64,000 nt of DNA from NCBI GenBank assembly GCA_016748015.1, contig JAAOMT010000031.1, forward strand, positions 124,001 to 188,000. Direction: 5' to 3'. Below, one piece after another: positions 36,329 through 49,318 of the stretch. The notes below the pieces were generated by a model. The model searched no databases and was not told where the DNA came from. It saw only the letters and a program-made list of their open reading frames with translations. A program made the position numbers and the translations under genes. How positions within the stretch are numbered: position 1 is the first letter of the stretch; each line of letters begins with the position of its first letter. Origin of the DNA: Geosiphon pyriformis uo1 (lineage: Eukaryota; Fungi; Glomeromycota).

Positions 36329-39300
36329 ATGCTTATGCGTCGTTCTGCACGTATACAAGAACGTGACGATAGGCGAGACCGTGAAAAACGGGAACGAGAG
36401 GAACGTGAAAGAAATGCTTTGATTATGCGTGTTCCAAAACGTCTCGCCAAGCATGCTGTTCATCAGACTAAAAAGAAAAAGTTTCACCACCAAGAAGTCG
36501 CCGCGGAACAAATTACACATTCTAGTCGTCTTGTGGGAATGCCGGTGGACATGTTGCTATATCTGCTCGAATTTCTTGGTGAGTCCCAGGTGCCTACAAC
36601 TAAAAATTTAGCTAGTCTACCCACAGTCGTGCTGCTGCTTTGTTTAATTTTTGGGCGTTTGGCTTGCATAAAAATTTCTTACCAAATTTCATTTTTGGTT
36701 AAATCTACACCTTTCGTGTAACATCGAATTCTGGGATGCTGATTCTAATTACTTTTCATGGGAAAATAGATGGTAAGATACAAAGACATCACTCTTATCA
36801 CTATTGGATGACGATCTACAAAGTATCACACTGAATTTCTTTTGTAGGACCTTCACTGGCCAAAATGGAACAAGTCTCTAAATCATTTTATCGTCTAATT
36901 CGCGGGCCTCATAGTCCTTATCGATTCTTGTATTATAATTTGATGACCGTCCATTGTCCAGTAGATCATATGGAAATATCCCACAAAGATCGTGTGGTGC
37001 ACGCTCCTGTCCTACCAACTAATAGAAAAATTGTGGGCCCCAAAGAAACGCATACTTTCAAAGTTTCAGATTGGAAGGCAAGTCAATAATAAAATCTTTT
37101 TCAAATTTAAAATTGTGAAAATTTTAAAATCCTTGCTAATTTATTCTTATTCTTTATTTTTTCATGTATAGATCCAGGTAGATTTTTTGCCCTAAACTGA
37201 AATTCATATTTTTTTGCTAGCAAATTGTTTAATGCGTGTTTAGAAATATCAAGCATTGCATCGCATCGCATTTTCATAGATTTTTAATCATTGAACTTTT
37301 AACCTAAAATTTATACCCTGATTAAAAGTTTGTAGAATCATACAAATACTATGTTACCGAATTTTGTACCATATGTGGATGTGCCGGTGACCCTATTCCT
37401 ATATGGGAAGTCCGACTTTGCAGATTCTGTGTTGTGAGGCAACTAATAAATAAGAGTGCCCTGAATGCGTTCAAATTATCACAAAAGGAAATAGAAGTGT
37501 TAAAGGTGAGAAACGAATTTCCATGATAGAATAATGATTTCCATCCAAACCTCCTCATTTTTTCTCCTACTTCCTGATTGGTCGCGTATCGGTTGATCAT
37601 TGACGGCAGCCTTGGAAAACGTATGTTTACGATCTCGGAATGCAATGTACCTTCTATTTGCGCGCACATCTCGATCATCTTGGGCGACAAAAATGGTCAG
37701 ATTCAACCAAAGACCTTGATCGAGCAGTGGCACAACGACAAGCTCAGAGATTTATAATGGAGAATGCTAAGCGGAAGAGAAAGCAAAGAGAACAGGAAGA
37801 AGCGTACGCTGACAGAACCAAAAGTATCTTGCAATGTTTTCGTGACCTCGGATTAAAATCAGATTTGTCCGTAATGGAAGAATGGTGGTTCCCCAAAGAG
37901 TTAAAGTTAGAAATTCATGAGGTAGGATTAATCCCCTCATTTTTGTTTCATTTATAGGTTTTAATTCAAGCTCATTGTTTGACTCAACCTTCTCTTCTTT
38001 TTAGTATATATCTAATAAGACCAATAATAGTTTGGCGAGAAAACGTCTTCGTCTTTCGATGGATCAACAAAATAGTGATTCGATTAGCAACAGTCCATCA
38101 TCTACTAATAACACCTCATCAACCGCCAAAAGCAAGGCTCTACGCAAAAGTTCCCAAGATATCATGTTGGAATTGGAGACTGTGGTTGTACCACGCGTTA
38201 AAAGACTGGCTGAACTGAACAGTAACTTGATCCGTGATAATATTGCGGTTGATAAAGTACGAGTTGATCTGGACCTCAAGACCCGACGTGTATATGATGA
38301 TTTCGTCTTGGGAAATCCAATTTACGAAACTGATCATCCACTCACCGTGGCCAGGACGCACGCCGAAATATTAGCCCATTTTCAACGTGAAAGGGTCTTC
38401 GAGAATGCCGTTCAAAACACTTGGTACAGCTCCATCACTAATGATGACTTTTTGTGCATGGAACTTGAACGTCAAAAATTCCTGCGTGATGCTCGTGAAT
38501 GGTGGGCAAGACGTGGGAAGAAACCGCCACCAGAAAAGTGTGGCGAATCTTATCTAACACGTGTCAGAAAGAGGCAAGTTTGGTTGAGAACTGATATGGC
38601 CATGATAAGAAATCAAGAAAATTGGCGTCGACAATTACTGGAGAGAAAGCTACGAGAAAAGATTGACTGGTACTTTACAGATCTCCCAGATTCTATCAAT
38701 ACCCTTAGGAATATCTACGAAATGAATCTGAAACGACGAATGCGAAATCGGGAGATTTTCTGGACAAAAGTAAGTTAGTTTGAAAATCTCCTCATTTCGA
38801 ATCCTACCCAACAACCCCCAATCCTTAAATATTGGACTTGAATTTAATTAGGGTTCATCCACCTGTTTGGATATGTTTGAACCACCGGATCGATTGAAAC
38901 AAATGTATGGCGATTATGAGGATTTTATCAAAAATTGCAATGGATTTTGTCAAACTGAGGAAGGCTACTGTGGCTGCTTGGAATGTGAGTAACCAACCTG
39001 TTTCGAGATAACCCGAGAAATTATCCTGAAAAATAAAATTTATAATTTTGATAGACGCCGCCAAAGATATAATCCGAGCAAATACCATTCTACGGCGCAA
39101 AGATTTGATGGATGCAGGATTGAGAATGCATCCAGAGATTGACTACCAAGGTCCCGACTATCTCATGTGCCCTGAAGCCAGAGAGGAGTATAAATTTGCC
39201 GCGAAGAGTAAGTGTACAAATATTTAAATTAAATCTTGATATTTTGATATTTACTGGTAAAAATTCCAAACTTTGCTCCTTTCATCAAAGATCTATCGGT

Positions 39301-40570
39301 GCCTAAAAAAGCTGCAGTGAACTACATTGCTCGTGCTGAAAACTTTATGCAACGCCTGATGCAGGAAGTTCCTACCTATGCACCCGAGCACGTTACACAG
39401 CAAGCACAAGATTGTTATAAGGGTTGTCTGGGAATCATGTCTGACTTTTATGATCCACCTCGACGTCCGAGTTCTTGGCCACAATTCTCTGCCAACTCCT
39501 ACTTTTACACTATAAACAAGGCCAATCGGCAGCGTCCCAGCATTGACGAAACCATCGCAAAGATCAAAGAGTGCGAGAGAGTTCGTATAGAACGTCTAGA
39601 AATGGTCGATCGTGCTGCCAAAGAAGCTCGTTTAAGTACAAGTTTCTGGAATAGAGCTGTGGTTAAGCGGCCAATGGATGGAGCAACCTTTCAGACTCGT
39701 GTCCGATGGATTGTTGACAACGGTTGGTTTTCCTTGAATCAACTAGCACAATCATGGGTTTATGATCAGGACCGTGCATCGTTGAGTCAACTGATGCCTT
39801 TCATCAAAGAAAAGGTTAAGCAGATGGAACGTGACAAACGCAAGGACGATATTTTTACCAGGTAAGTTTTCTTTTTGTTATTGTTAATGGAAAGTTTTAT
39901 GATGGGATTATCTTTTATCTTGATTACCAACACGATTATTTTGACCTCTGTTTGTAAAGAATGAAAGATGACCCCGAATTTCAAGCGATTTTTAAAGAGA
40001 TTGACGAAGATGCCGAGTTCTTTCTACGTTCATCTTATGAAATTATCACAATATTTAAGGTAAACATACATACGGCTAAACTCTGCCTTTCCAATTTTAG
40101 TCTGCCACTTTCTAAATTCAATTTTCATTCAGGTATCCAATCTATATAAAGCACACGTCGATGACGTGAAATCAGGTATAGATCCTGATCGAGTAGTGCG
40201 ACAGGTGGTTGACCTTATACGTGATGTAAAAACTGGTGTTATTAGTAAAAGTAGTCTCTTTGTGGCTGATCGCGAGAAGTTTGCCGAGGAAGATGATGAT
40301 GATGGCGATGACCCGAATGTACCTAATGGCGGAAATGGCAACGCACCTAACAACAACAATAATAATAATAATACCAATCTCCCAAATCCTACCCCATTAC
40401 TCACCCCGATCACAACCATCACCACAACGATAAATACAGGTCCTGGAAATATCGGCGTTGTTACTACACCAACAAGTACAATACTGATCAATCCTCCAGT
40501 CACTTCGAGTAGTAACAATCCGATATTAAACCCTCATTCAATCGGAGCCATTGTGTCTCGCCGACCCTAA
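36329..40570 (+). CDS. ~1050-aa F-box protein with XPA-like C4 zinc/helical module (about 12 exons including microexons)
   Basis: Spliced F-box LVGMPVDMLLYLLEFLDGPSLAKMEQVSKSFYRLI; CTIC-x14-CRFC...LINKS...FYLRAHLDHLGRQKW; coding exons 37610-37921, 38005-38769, 39291-39861 and 40133-40570 join in frame through GT-AG sites. Some internal junctions are uncertain. Confidence 0.75.
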
Positions 40571-41312
40571 ATTACATGTACCCCAAAAGCTCAACGATTT
40601 TCCATGAACAATTTTTTTTGCGAGAAGTATGTTATGAAAAAATATGTAATTTACAGAAGCCATATCTCTTACACCTCTATCTCTCACAAATTACTTCCCC
40701 ACATCTCTCACAATTACTTACCGCTCACCCAACAATCTCGTCCCTCCTTTAAAACACAAAAGACATGAAGATGTTCATATATATAATCCATGTGCATATA
40801 CAATTATATGTTTCATAAATAAGGTTAGCCCGCCAAAAACGCAGAGATTTTTTCATAACATGATTTCCCCCAACTCTCCTTTTTCCATTTATGTCTGTCA
40901 TATTTCTTACCTCGTTAATAACATCTACCATTAAAAACAATCATCAAATTCGCTAGTATACATCTGTTTTTTATTGTTAAAGAGTTTCCCTTTTTTTTTA
41001 ACAGTGTTTTTCTTTTTTTTATAAATAAAGCAGGTAAGTATTTGTCTTTGTTGACATTTTTTTATTTTGAATTTTCTCTGTATAAAAAGTACAATTCTCA
41101 TCCCAAATACAAATTCTCTGGTTGAAGATTCGTCTCAATAATATTAAATGAAGTTTCTAAGTACTTATTACGATTATTAATTGTCCTCAAAATGACTCAT
41201 ACTTTTTTAAAAGTAACGATCGGCAAAAAAATGACAATGATCACACTTCATATTTTAAACAACATCTTGCTTTTGAATAAGATACTGTCACCCTATTGTT
41301 AATATCCTTATC

Positions 41313-42647
41313 ATGCCATATAGCGGTATAAGTAGTTTAACAAGGAAGCTAAGTTCTTCCCGTTCTTCCTTCACAACTAGTGTAAAACTTTTGAATCCAC
41401 TCAATTTTACTTTTACAAGATCCGCAACCACCATCACCAAATCATCTTTATTACCTCATTCATTTTCGAGCTCCGATTCGCTTTTTTGCGGTTGTCGAAA
41501 TAGTCTTTTATGCCCTATTTCCAATCATCATTTTCAACTTGGCTGTCGTAGCAGTCTTCGAGAGTTAAACCACCAGCGCATTCCTCGTCGAGGACTTCAG
41601 CATGTGTGTAGTGGCGCTCAAACCTCTAGCCGTTTTAAAACTGGCACCAATTGGAATAGAAATAATGCTACAAACGGAAAGAATAGCTACAAAAATATGA
41701 CGGGCAGTGTTATTAATCAGAAATTAGGGTTGAAACCTAATTCTACAAGAATTCTAGGTGCTAGTACTTTTTTTTATACTACGAATACCGCGAGTGATGG
41801 AGAAACGTATAGTGATGCCGTGGAACCGTATAGCAGTCAGAACGAAACAAAAACAATTCCCACGGAGACTGGGGCGTCGGAAGATGTTGATGCAAAACAT
41901 GAAAGTGAAGCTGATGCTAAGGATAAACAAATTGCTGAATTGAAGGTGGGTTATGTCAGAGATTCGAGAATTTGGGGAAAAGGGCCGGATTGAGAGGCTG
42001 ATAATTTTAAGAGTTAGAATTGAGATGAATAATTTAGGTTCAATGGATTTTCTTGGTTATATTTTTTTGCCACTTAATTGTCTTTCATGTTTCTTTTGCT
42101 AAAAAGGCTCCTTTAACTCGCAATCCGTGATTTCATTACATATGTTTACCTCATTAACATTAGGCTCTCTTATATCCTCACTGTTCTTGATTGGTATTTT
42201 TAGGATCATTACCTCCGATGTCTAGCTGAACAAGAGAATCTTCGCGAACGCACGCGTCGCGAAGTTGAACACGTTGCCCAATTTTCCATCCAAAAATTTG
42301 CACGTGACTTGATATCAACTGTTGATGTCCTAAACCTTGCTCTAGAATCTGTACCAAAGGATGTAGCCCAAAAGGCTTCTGTCGAGAATCCCCATCTACA
42401 TAATTTGTATTCTGGTGTACAGATGACCGAGAAAGAGTTGGTTAAAACTTTGAAACAACATGGCGTTGAACAGATGAATCCATTGGGACAAAAGTTTGAC
42501 CCAAATTTGCATGAAGCTATGTTTCAAGCCTCAGTAAAGGATAAAGAAGTTGGTAGCGTGTTTTCGGTGCAAAAACTAGGATACACGTTGAATGGTAGGG
42601 TGATAAGACCATCACAAGTTGGTGTTGTTAAAGCTTCGGAAGACTAA
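41313..42647 (+). CDS. MGE1: Mitochondrial GrpE nucleotide-exchange factor (exons 41313-41945 and 42204-42647)
   Basis: DHYLRCLAEQENLRERTRREV...FSIQKFARDL...FDPNLHEAMF...GYTLNGRVIRPSQVGV; Ser/Arg-rich N-terminus. Confidence 0.95.
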
Positions 42648-43239
42648 TTCATTAAAGTTTAGAAGTTTTGAGGGTGTGTTATATCAAATAACCATTAGAT
42701 ATTGGTTCATATTAAACATTAAGATAAAAATAGGCAGCCTTTTGATCTATTAATTAATAATAATATTCTTGTATTCGATCAGGGTTAATAAAAATAATAA
42801 TCGAATCAAAGGTTTTGATTTTTTTCTCATGGTTGAAATATTTTATTTGTAAATTTTTTTTTGTTTGGTCATTCTATTTTATATAAATTCGAGTTACAAA
42901 CCATATTCTAATGTTAAAAACTGCACATGAAAATTTTTGACTGCAATTAAATTTAAATTAAATTAATATTTTGTTTAACAATATATTATTATTATTGTAT
43001 AAAATGTGTTGTATTTTTATTTAATATATTAATTTTAAAAATGGTATAAAAACCAGAATAAGAAGAATTGAATTTGGATAAAAAAATAATCAAATATTAA
43101 TGTTAAAGAATCAAGTTTAAAAAAACCAATCGAATTTATCAAAATAACTGAAATAGAATTTTATTTTATTTTTAGGAATCATGCTGAAAATCAAAGTTAA
43201 TCTTGAAGAAAAAAATAAATCAGTCTTATAGTTTATGCA

Positions 43240-43274
<35 letters not shown>

Positions 43275-43387
43275 CTCACTAATTTCATTGCGTAAATATT
43301 AACAGTTTTCATATTCATCAATATTAATTAAAAAGATTTTGATAAAACCATCTAAAAATATATATATTATTTGAAAAAAGTGTTTCC

Positions 43388-43411
43388 ATTATTATTATTA
43401 TTATTATTATT

Positions 43412-43450
<39 letters not shown>
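43388..43450. repeat. (TAT)n/(TGT)n microsatellite
   Basis: Direct reading. Confidence 0.9.
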
Positions 43451-43451
<1 letters not shown>

Positions 43452-43589
43452 TTGTTTTCTTTATATTATTATTTATAATGGATGCAGCAATGTTGGCTAA
43501 ACACTTATAACAATATTTGTATTTTCACATAAATTACGGTATTAAAACAGTTAACATTTCTAATATTTTGCTCCATGAAATCTGAATTG

Positions 43590-43716
43590 TGTATCTCAAG
43601 CCTAAAACAAATAAGAGCTGGCTGAGATCAAGCGGAGCGAAACCCAATAGCAAAAAGTGGTCAAATTTTTGTTTCTTTCATTTTGCCCAAACTCGTGAAT
43701 AATAGTATTGATAATC

Positions 43717-43759
<43 letters not shown>

Positions 43760-43932
43760 GCCTATTTCGCATTTCCTTTTTTTGGACTTTAGTCACAACA
43801 CGAGGGGTTAATAACGAACAGGGGATACCATGCAACCAAAGAGCGTATCCCTTTGAAATACGGTTTTAGTTTAAATATTTTTAACCTCTGATTAAATGAG
43901 GCTTCATCTTTGGGTTTCCCAAGTTCACATAC
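43590..43932 (+). ncRNA. Candidate structured non-coding RNA (possibly H/ACA-like), family unknown
   Basis: Several mutually compatible stems, plus H-box-like AGATCA (43625) and ACA (43927); see findings. Confidence 0.3.
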
Positions 43933-45066
43933 GACTGGTAGAAATTGTAGCATTTATTCAGTTGATTATTTAATACACATTATCATGTCATTTTTAACTC
44001 CCAAAAGCTCCAAAAACAAAACTCGGTCGAGTAAACCCATAATTTATTTAGCATGTTTGAGTTTGGACTGGATTTTAGGGAATTTTCTAAAAAATATTTT
44101 CAATTTTATTATGTCAAAATATAATATATGTTATTTTATAAGGTAAAGAATTTGATTTAATTAAAAATTTTCAATTCATTCAAAGGTTTTCAAGAAAAAG
44201 CTTCAACCTTTAAAGGGAAACTGGCTTAGGAAATTTGATATCTGTTACGTAAATCCGTTTTTCGTAATTAATTTATCATCATAAAAGAAGTTAACTCTGG
44301 GCTTTTTATCTATCAAATAATTTATTAAAACTCAGATGACAGTGAAAAGCTTCAAATTAATTGATGATGTTTAAATTTGAAATCCTAATTTTCCTTTATA
44401 GGTGTGCTAAAATATGGAAATACTAGAAAAAAAAAATTTTTAATTTCAAAATATTGGGAAAATTGTCTTTGAGATTCTCTTATTTTATGACCAATATAAA
44501 GAATCTAATTTAAATTGCCAATCAAGTTTAAAAATGCGTCGCTTTTTTCGGACATGTAAAAAAAGGAATTCCGAAAATAAAATCGTAAAGCTATTTTTCT
44601 GATCTTGTCTTTTCCAAATAGTCAAGTGATTTTCTATCTTTATGAAAAAAAAATTAGAATTTTCAATTTTCATTTCAGATATTTTATTTGAACCTCAAAA
44701 ATTTCGTTCACTAACTCCCAAGTTCGCTTTTCTCACTAGAGATCGTTTTGCGTAAAGTCTATAATATCAAAAGATATTTTAATCGAACAATTATCATTCT
44801 TTATCTAAATTTACCCAGTTTAAAAAATCAAATACATCTAGTTTTACAATTGCTTATTTTTGGAATTTCCGCTTTTATCAAACGCAATATCATCAAAAAC
44901 TACACAGCATCATATTGTGAAGCCTTCCGAGAATATAATCTTCGCCCCCAAAAGGATTCGTCAATGATTTGTACAAAATGAATTGTTTTGGGAATGTGTA
45001 CCACCCCAGACTCAGAAAATCTATATAATAAAAAACGTAATGATACATTGTAAATTCTTTCGCATC

Positions 45067-45128
45067 AACTCACTAACTCACTAACTCACTAACTCACTAA
45101 CTCACTAACTCACTCACTCACTCACTCA
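45067..45128. repeat. (AACTCACT)n then (CACT)n tandem repeat upstream of NC2-alpha
   Basis: Direct reading. Confidence 0.9.
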
Positions 45129-45253
45129 CATAACTTTTCCTCTTAAATTTACTTTTCTTAAGCTTTTATCTTTCAACTTCCAAACAGTCTAAACCTTCCT
45201 CGGTCTACTGGGACACTTGAATAGTTTTTTTAACTCTTAACCACTATAAAAGT

Positions 45254-46274
45254 ATGAAGAAGAAATATAAAACAAAGTTCCCCGTGGTAAGTAACGGAGC
45301 TTGAGCGAATGTTCTCCATTCTTTCTCTCAAGATAGATCTAACTTAAAATTTATTCTTTTCCGTAGGCTCGCATCAAAAAGATTATGCAAATGGACGAGG
45401 ATGTGGGAAAAGTTGCTCAGGCAACACCCGTATTAATCTGTATGTAAATTTTGAATACTTACAACTAAAAAAATCTAATATTTTCACTAATTCAATACTA
45501 TAACCTTTCATATCTCTTTGTCTTTAGCAAAAGCCCTCGAATTGTTCATGCAGTCACTGATCGATCAAGCATGCCTGGAGACTCGTGCAAGAAGTGCAAG
45601 ACGAATAACAGTATCTCACTTGTATGTTTTAACACCTTTATAATACGTTACCTTTTTATTTACTTTCATGGAAAGTTTTCTTTTCTTTTCTTTTCTTTTC
45701 TTTTCGTTTCTTTTTATTTATTTTTTTCATTCTTTTTAGAAAGAAAACTATTATGAATACAGATCAATTCGATTTTCTAAGGGACGTTGTGAAGAATATA
45801 CCTGATCCTGTGGAAGATACTAGTGAAGCTTCCAATTCTAATGCAAACAGTGGCTCATCTAACTTGAGAGGTAGAAGTGATAATAATAAAAATACCAATA
45901 ATGATGACAATGGAAATAACATAATGGATGAGGATGCGGAGGAGCCACAACCAAAGAGAAGGAAACGGCGGAAGAAGTAAGTAGTGAGTTGATGATCGAA
46001 ATTGTGCCGCTTTTAGACTTCAAAAGATATATATCAAACCCAACGTGTGGAATTAATTTTTCTAGAGCGGGTGATGATGACAATGAAGATTTTATTGTCA
46101 CAACTTCGGCATCCGCAGCCACAAGTGACGCCCCACAGCCAAGAACAAGGCGACGCAGGTAAAAAATGAAACCCGGTTTTTATTCGAAATCTTTCTTGTG
46201 GGGAATCTTATATATTTCTTTGTTTTTCTAGAGGTAAAACCAAGGAAGTCAAGGAGGAGGTGTCGGAAGATTAA
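45254..46274 (+). CDS. BUR6: Negative cofactor 2 alpha / DRAP1 histone-fold protein (6 exons)
   Basis: MKKKYKTKFPV|ARIKKIMQMDEDVGKVAQATPVLIS|KALELFMQSLIDQAC...HL|KKTIMNTDQFDFLRDVV; exons 45254-45286, 45367-45439, 45528-45621, 45740-45976, 46066-46158, 46232-46274. Confidence 0.93.
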
Positions 46275-47670
46275 ATTTAGAAGGAAGTGGGCATGAAGTT
46301 TATTAGCAATATCAAAGCGGTATTAGACTCGTAGCTCATTTATTTCGATTCGCTATATCCTTTAGCTAGTCGTGTCGAAGGGGTCTTGCCCTGGAGTTTC
46401 GCGCATAGTTTACTTTGCATATTGCTTTTCAATTTTTGTTTTACAACAGACACATCATTTATTTGCAATAGTCATACATCCAAAGAAAGCACGGTTTTAC
46501 TGTGAATATTGATTCCCAAATTAGGACATCCGCATATTTTTCAGATCTGGACTTGGGTGTTGGGATAGGTGTTTATGGTTTAATGTTATTGACTTTGGCG
46601 AGGTTGCAGACCATTGTTTTAGTAATGAAATATGTCTTAGCCTCTAGTGTGGTGGTTGTTAACTTGAACAGTCAGACATTTCTGAATGCATATAAAGCAA
46701 AGCTGAATTTGTTCAAGCCTGATTTTTACAATTATTGCTGCATAAAGAGGCAGTACGTTTGTAATTTTATTTGTAATAAAAGACTGAAAGTAAAAGATCA
46801 TTCAGATAATATAGACAATAATTGTGTTAACTCAGATTTAAATTAAATAAACTAAAATTTCTAGTAAAACTATTTATATAAACTATATTATTATTCAAAT
46901 ATGTTTTTATTAAATATTTTTAAATATTAATAAAACTATTTAATTTACATATATCTTTTAAATATAATCCAGAAAATAAAAAAAATAACTATAATAGTAA
47001 ACTAATTAAAAACCAAATTCTTAAAATCTAATTTTTTTAATAGTAAAATATTTTTTATTAAGTAATTAATTAAAAAAAAGTGATTTTAAATTTTTTAAAA
47101 GACTTAACTACTTAGAAATATACAAAATATTTTAAAAATATTATTTTTAAAATATAATATATTAAACAGATTATTAATTAAAAATATATTACAATTTAAA
47201 AAATTCTTATTATATTAGTTAAAAAATTAACTAAAAAGCCAATTTTTAACTTTATAAAAAACCACAAAAAAATTTTTGTTATTTAATTTATAAATAAAAA
47301 ATTTGTTAAAAATACTATTTATATTAAAAAATATAATTATTTTAATTATTTTTATGTTTACAGTCAAAATAAAAAATAAAAAAGTTTTAAATATTATTTT
47401 TTTTATAATAATTAATAAAGTTTTAATAAAAAGCTGTTTTTAATAATTTTTAAAGCATTTTTTAATCTTTGACTAATGATTTTTTTTGGTTAAAGTTTTT
47501 CCAAAAATACATTAAAATTAGTTTTAATATTATTTTTATTTCTTTTAAAAACTTTAAAATTTCAATAATAAGCTAATTAACAAACTGATTTTTTTTGTCT
47601 TTATTATTACTATTATTATTTTGCAAATAACTAAAAAAACCAAAAACTAAAACAGTAGTAATTAATTGTG

Positions 47671-47716
<46 letters not shown>

Positions 47717-47766
47717 TATTATTATTGTTATTATTGTTATTGTTGTTATTATTATTATTATTATTA

Positions 47767-47815
<49 letters not shown>
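47671..47815. repeat. (TAT)n microsatellite
   Basis: Direct reading. Confidence 0.95.
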
Positions 47816-47816
<1 letters not shown>

Positions 47817-48199
47817 CTAAATTTATTTATGGTTTTAAAATAAGATTTTTATAGTTATAATTGGCTTTTTTTTTAATATAAACATTAATTACAACAACAT
47901 ATTTTTTAAGATAAACCAAAATTAATTACTGGTTGTATTGTTAAATATAGTTTTTTTAACAAATTATTACTGGTTTTAAAAGCAAAACAAAATATGTTTT
48001 TAAATACATTTTTTACCAATTAACTTATTAAGTCATTTAATTTTAAAAATTAAACTAACTAATAAAAACAAAATTAACTTTTTTTTTTATTTTTTAATAT
48101 TGTTTTTTGATAATACTTAAAAAATAATTTACAGTTATCAAAAATTTTTTAAATAAATGACTTTTATTTTAATAGTACTATATATAAAATTAAACTGAC

Positions 48200-49000
48200 T
48201 TTAATTAATTTTTGTTTTATTTGCTATCTGATTTTGTTGGGCTTAAATTAGTTTTAAAAGGCAATATTAAATTGTTTTGTGTAAATTTTGTATTTAAATT
48301 TTTTTTGATTATTATTATTAAAATTTTTTTTGGTAATTTTTTTTTTTAATTATACTTAAAATTGTAAAATCTTTTATGATAGCTTTTGTTTTTTTTTCTT
48401 TGTTATTGTATTTTATAAATTTTTTTGAATAAATTTTTTAATAACATTAAAAATACTCTTAGTGTTTTGGTATTGTTATTTTAATTAAGTTAAAATTTGT
48501 TGAATTATAATAATATACTATTTTTTATTTTAAAAAAATTTTTTATTGCTATTATACTTATTTGCTAATTTATATTGATAAAAAAAATTATTACTTTAAA
48601 AATTAAATTAGTCAATTTTTTTTGGTTATATTGCTTTTAAAATTAGTAACTTAATTTTTTAAGTTGGTAATTATACATGTTTTATTTTGTTGTTATAATT
48701 TTTAAGTTTTTAAAGTTTTAAATATTGCTGTTATAAAAATTGATATTTTATATAAGTATTATATTTAATAAAAAACTTTTAAATATTATTGTTATTACAA
48801 ATATTAAAAATTAAATTATTTTAGTTTTGAATTATAAGATATTATTATTATTATTATTATTTTAGGTTTTTTTTAAGTTTGCTAATAATTTTAAGTTTTT
48901 TGTTTTATTTTTTGATAATACAAAATTTTATGTCAAAATTTTTGTTTTTTTAATTTTTTTTGTTAATATATTTTTGGCTATCTTTTTTATTAATTATATA
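48200..49000 (+). pseudogene. Hypermutated LINE ORF1 remnant
   Basis: Colinear with 62815-63600; back-translates to ...LFCV...KLKPAGLWQYAVV... and a C-x2-C-x4-H-x4-C knuckle. Confidence 0.6.
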
Positions 49001-49318
49001 ATTAAATTTAAGTTGATTTTTTGGAATTTTAAATCGGAATTTGACTATTTTAATTAAGTTTGTTGTTAATCTAATTAATAAATTAATACTTTGGTTATTA
49101 TTTTGTTAAATACTTTTTTTGCTTTATATATAAAACTTAAATATAAAATTGGTATTATTTAAAATAAAGTATTTGTTTTTAATAAAGTTATTAATAAGTT
49201 TTCTTGAATATAATCTTAATTAAAACTAAATATAATTATAATATTGATTAAATAAAAAATTTTAATAATCTTCTTAATAATAATATTTATATTATATTAA
49301 TTATTCTTTAAAAATATA

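Noticed and set aside
43620-43672. Resemblance to the U2 snRNA 5' region (GGCTGAGATCAAGCGGAGCG vs GGCTAAGATCAAGTGTAGTA) and an Sm-like AATTTTTG
   Set aside because: The branch-point recognition sequence GTAGTA is absent and the spacing to the Sm-like site is wrong.
42700-44300. Telomerase RNA or RNase P/MRP as the identity of the structured patch
   Set aside because: No 1.5-repeat CTAACCCTAA-type template and no complete pair of P4 strands found by eye.
46502-46846. 114-aa ORF downstream of NC2-alpha
   Set aside because: Non-ATG start and no recognisable domain; likely 3' UTR or a small repeat remnant.
47666-47854. Poly-Leu/Tyr ORF
   Set aside because: Translation of a (TAT)n microsatellite.
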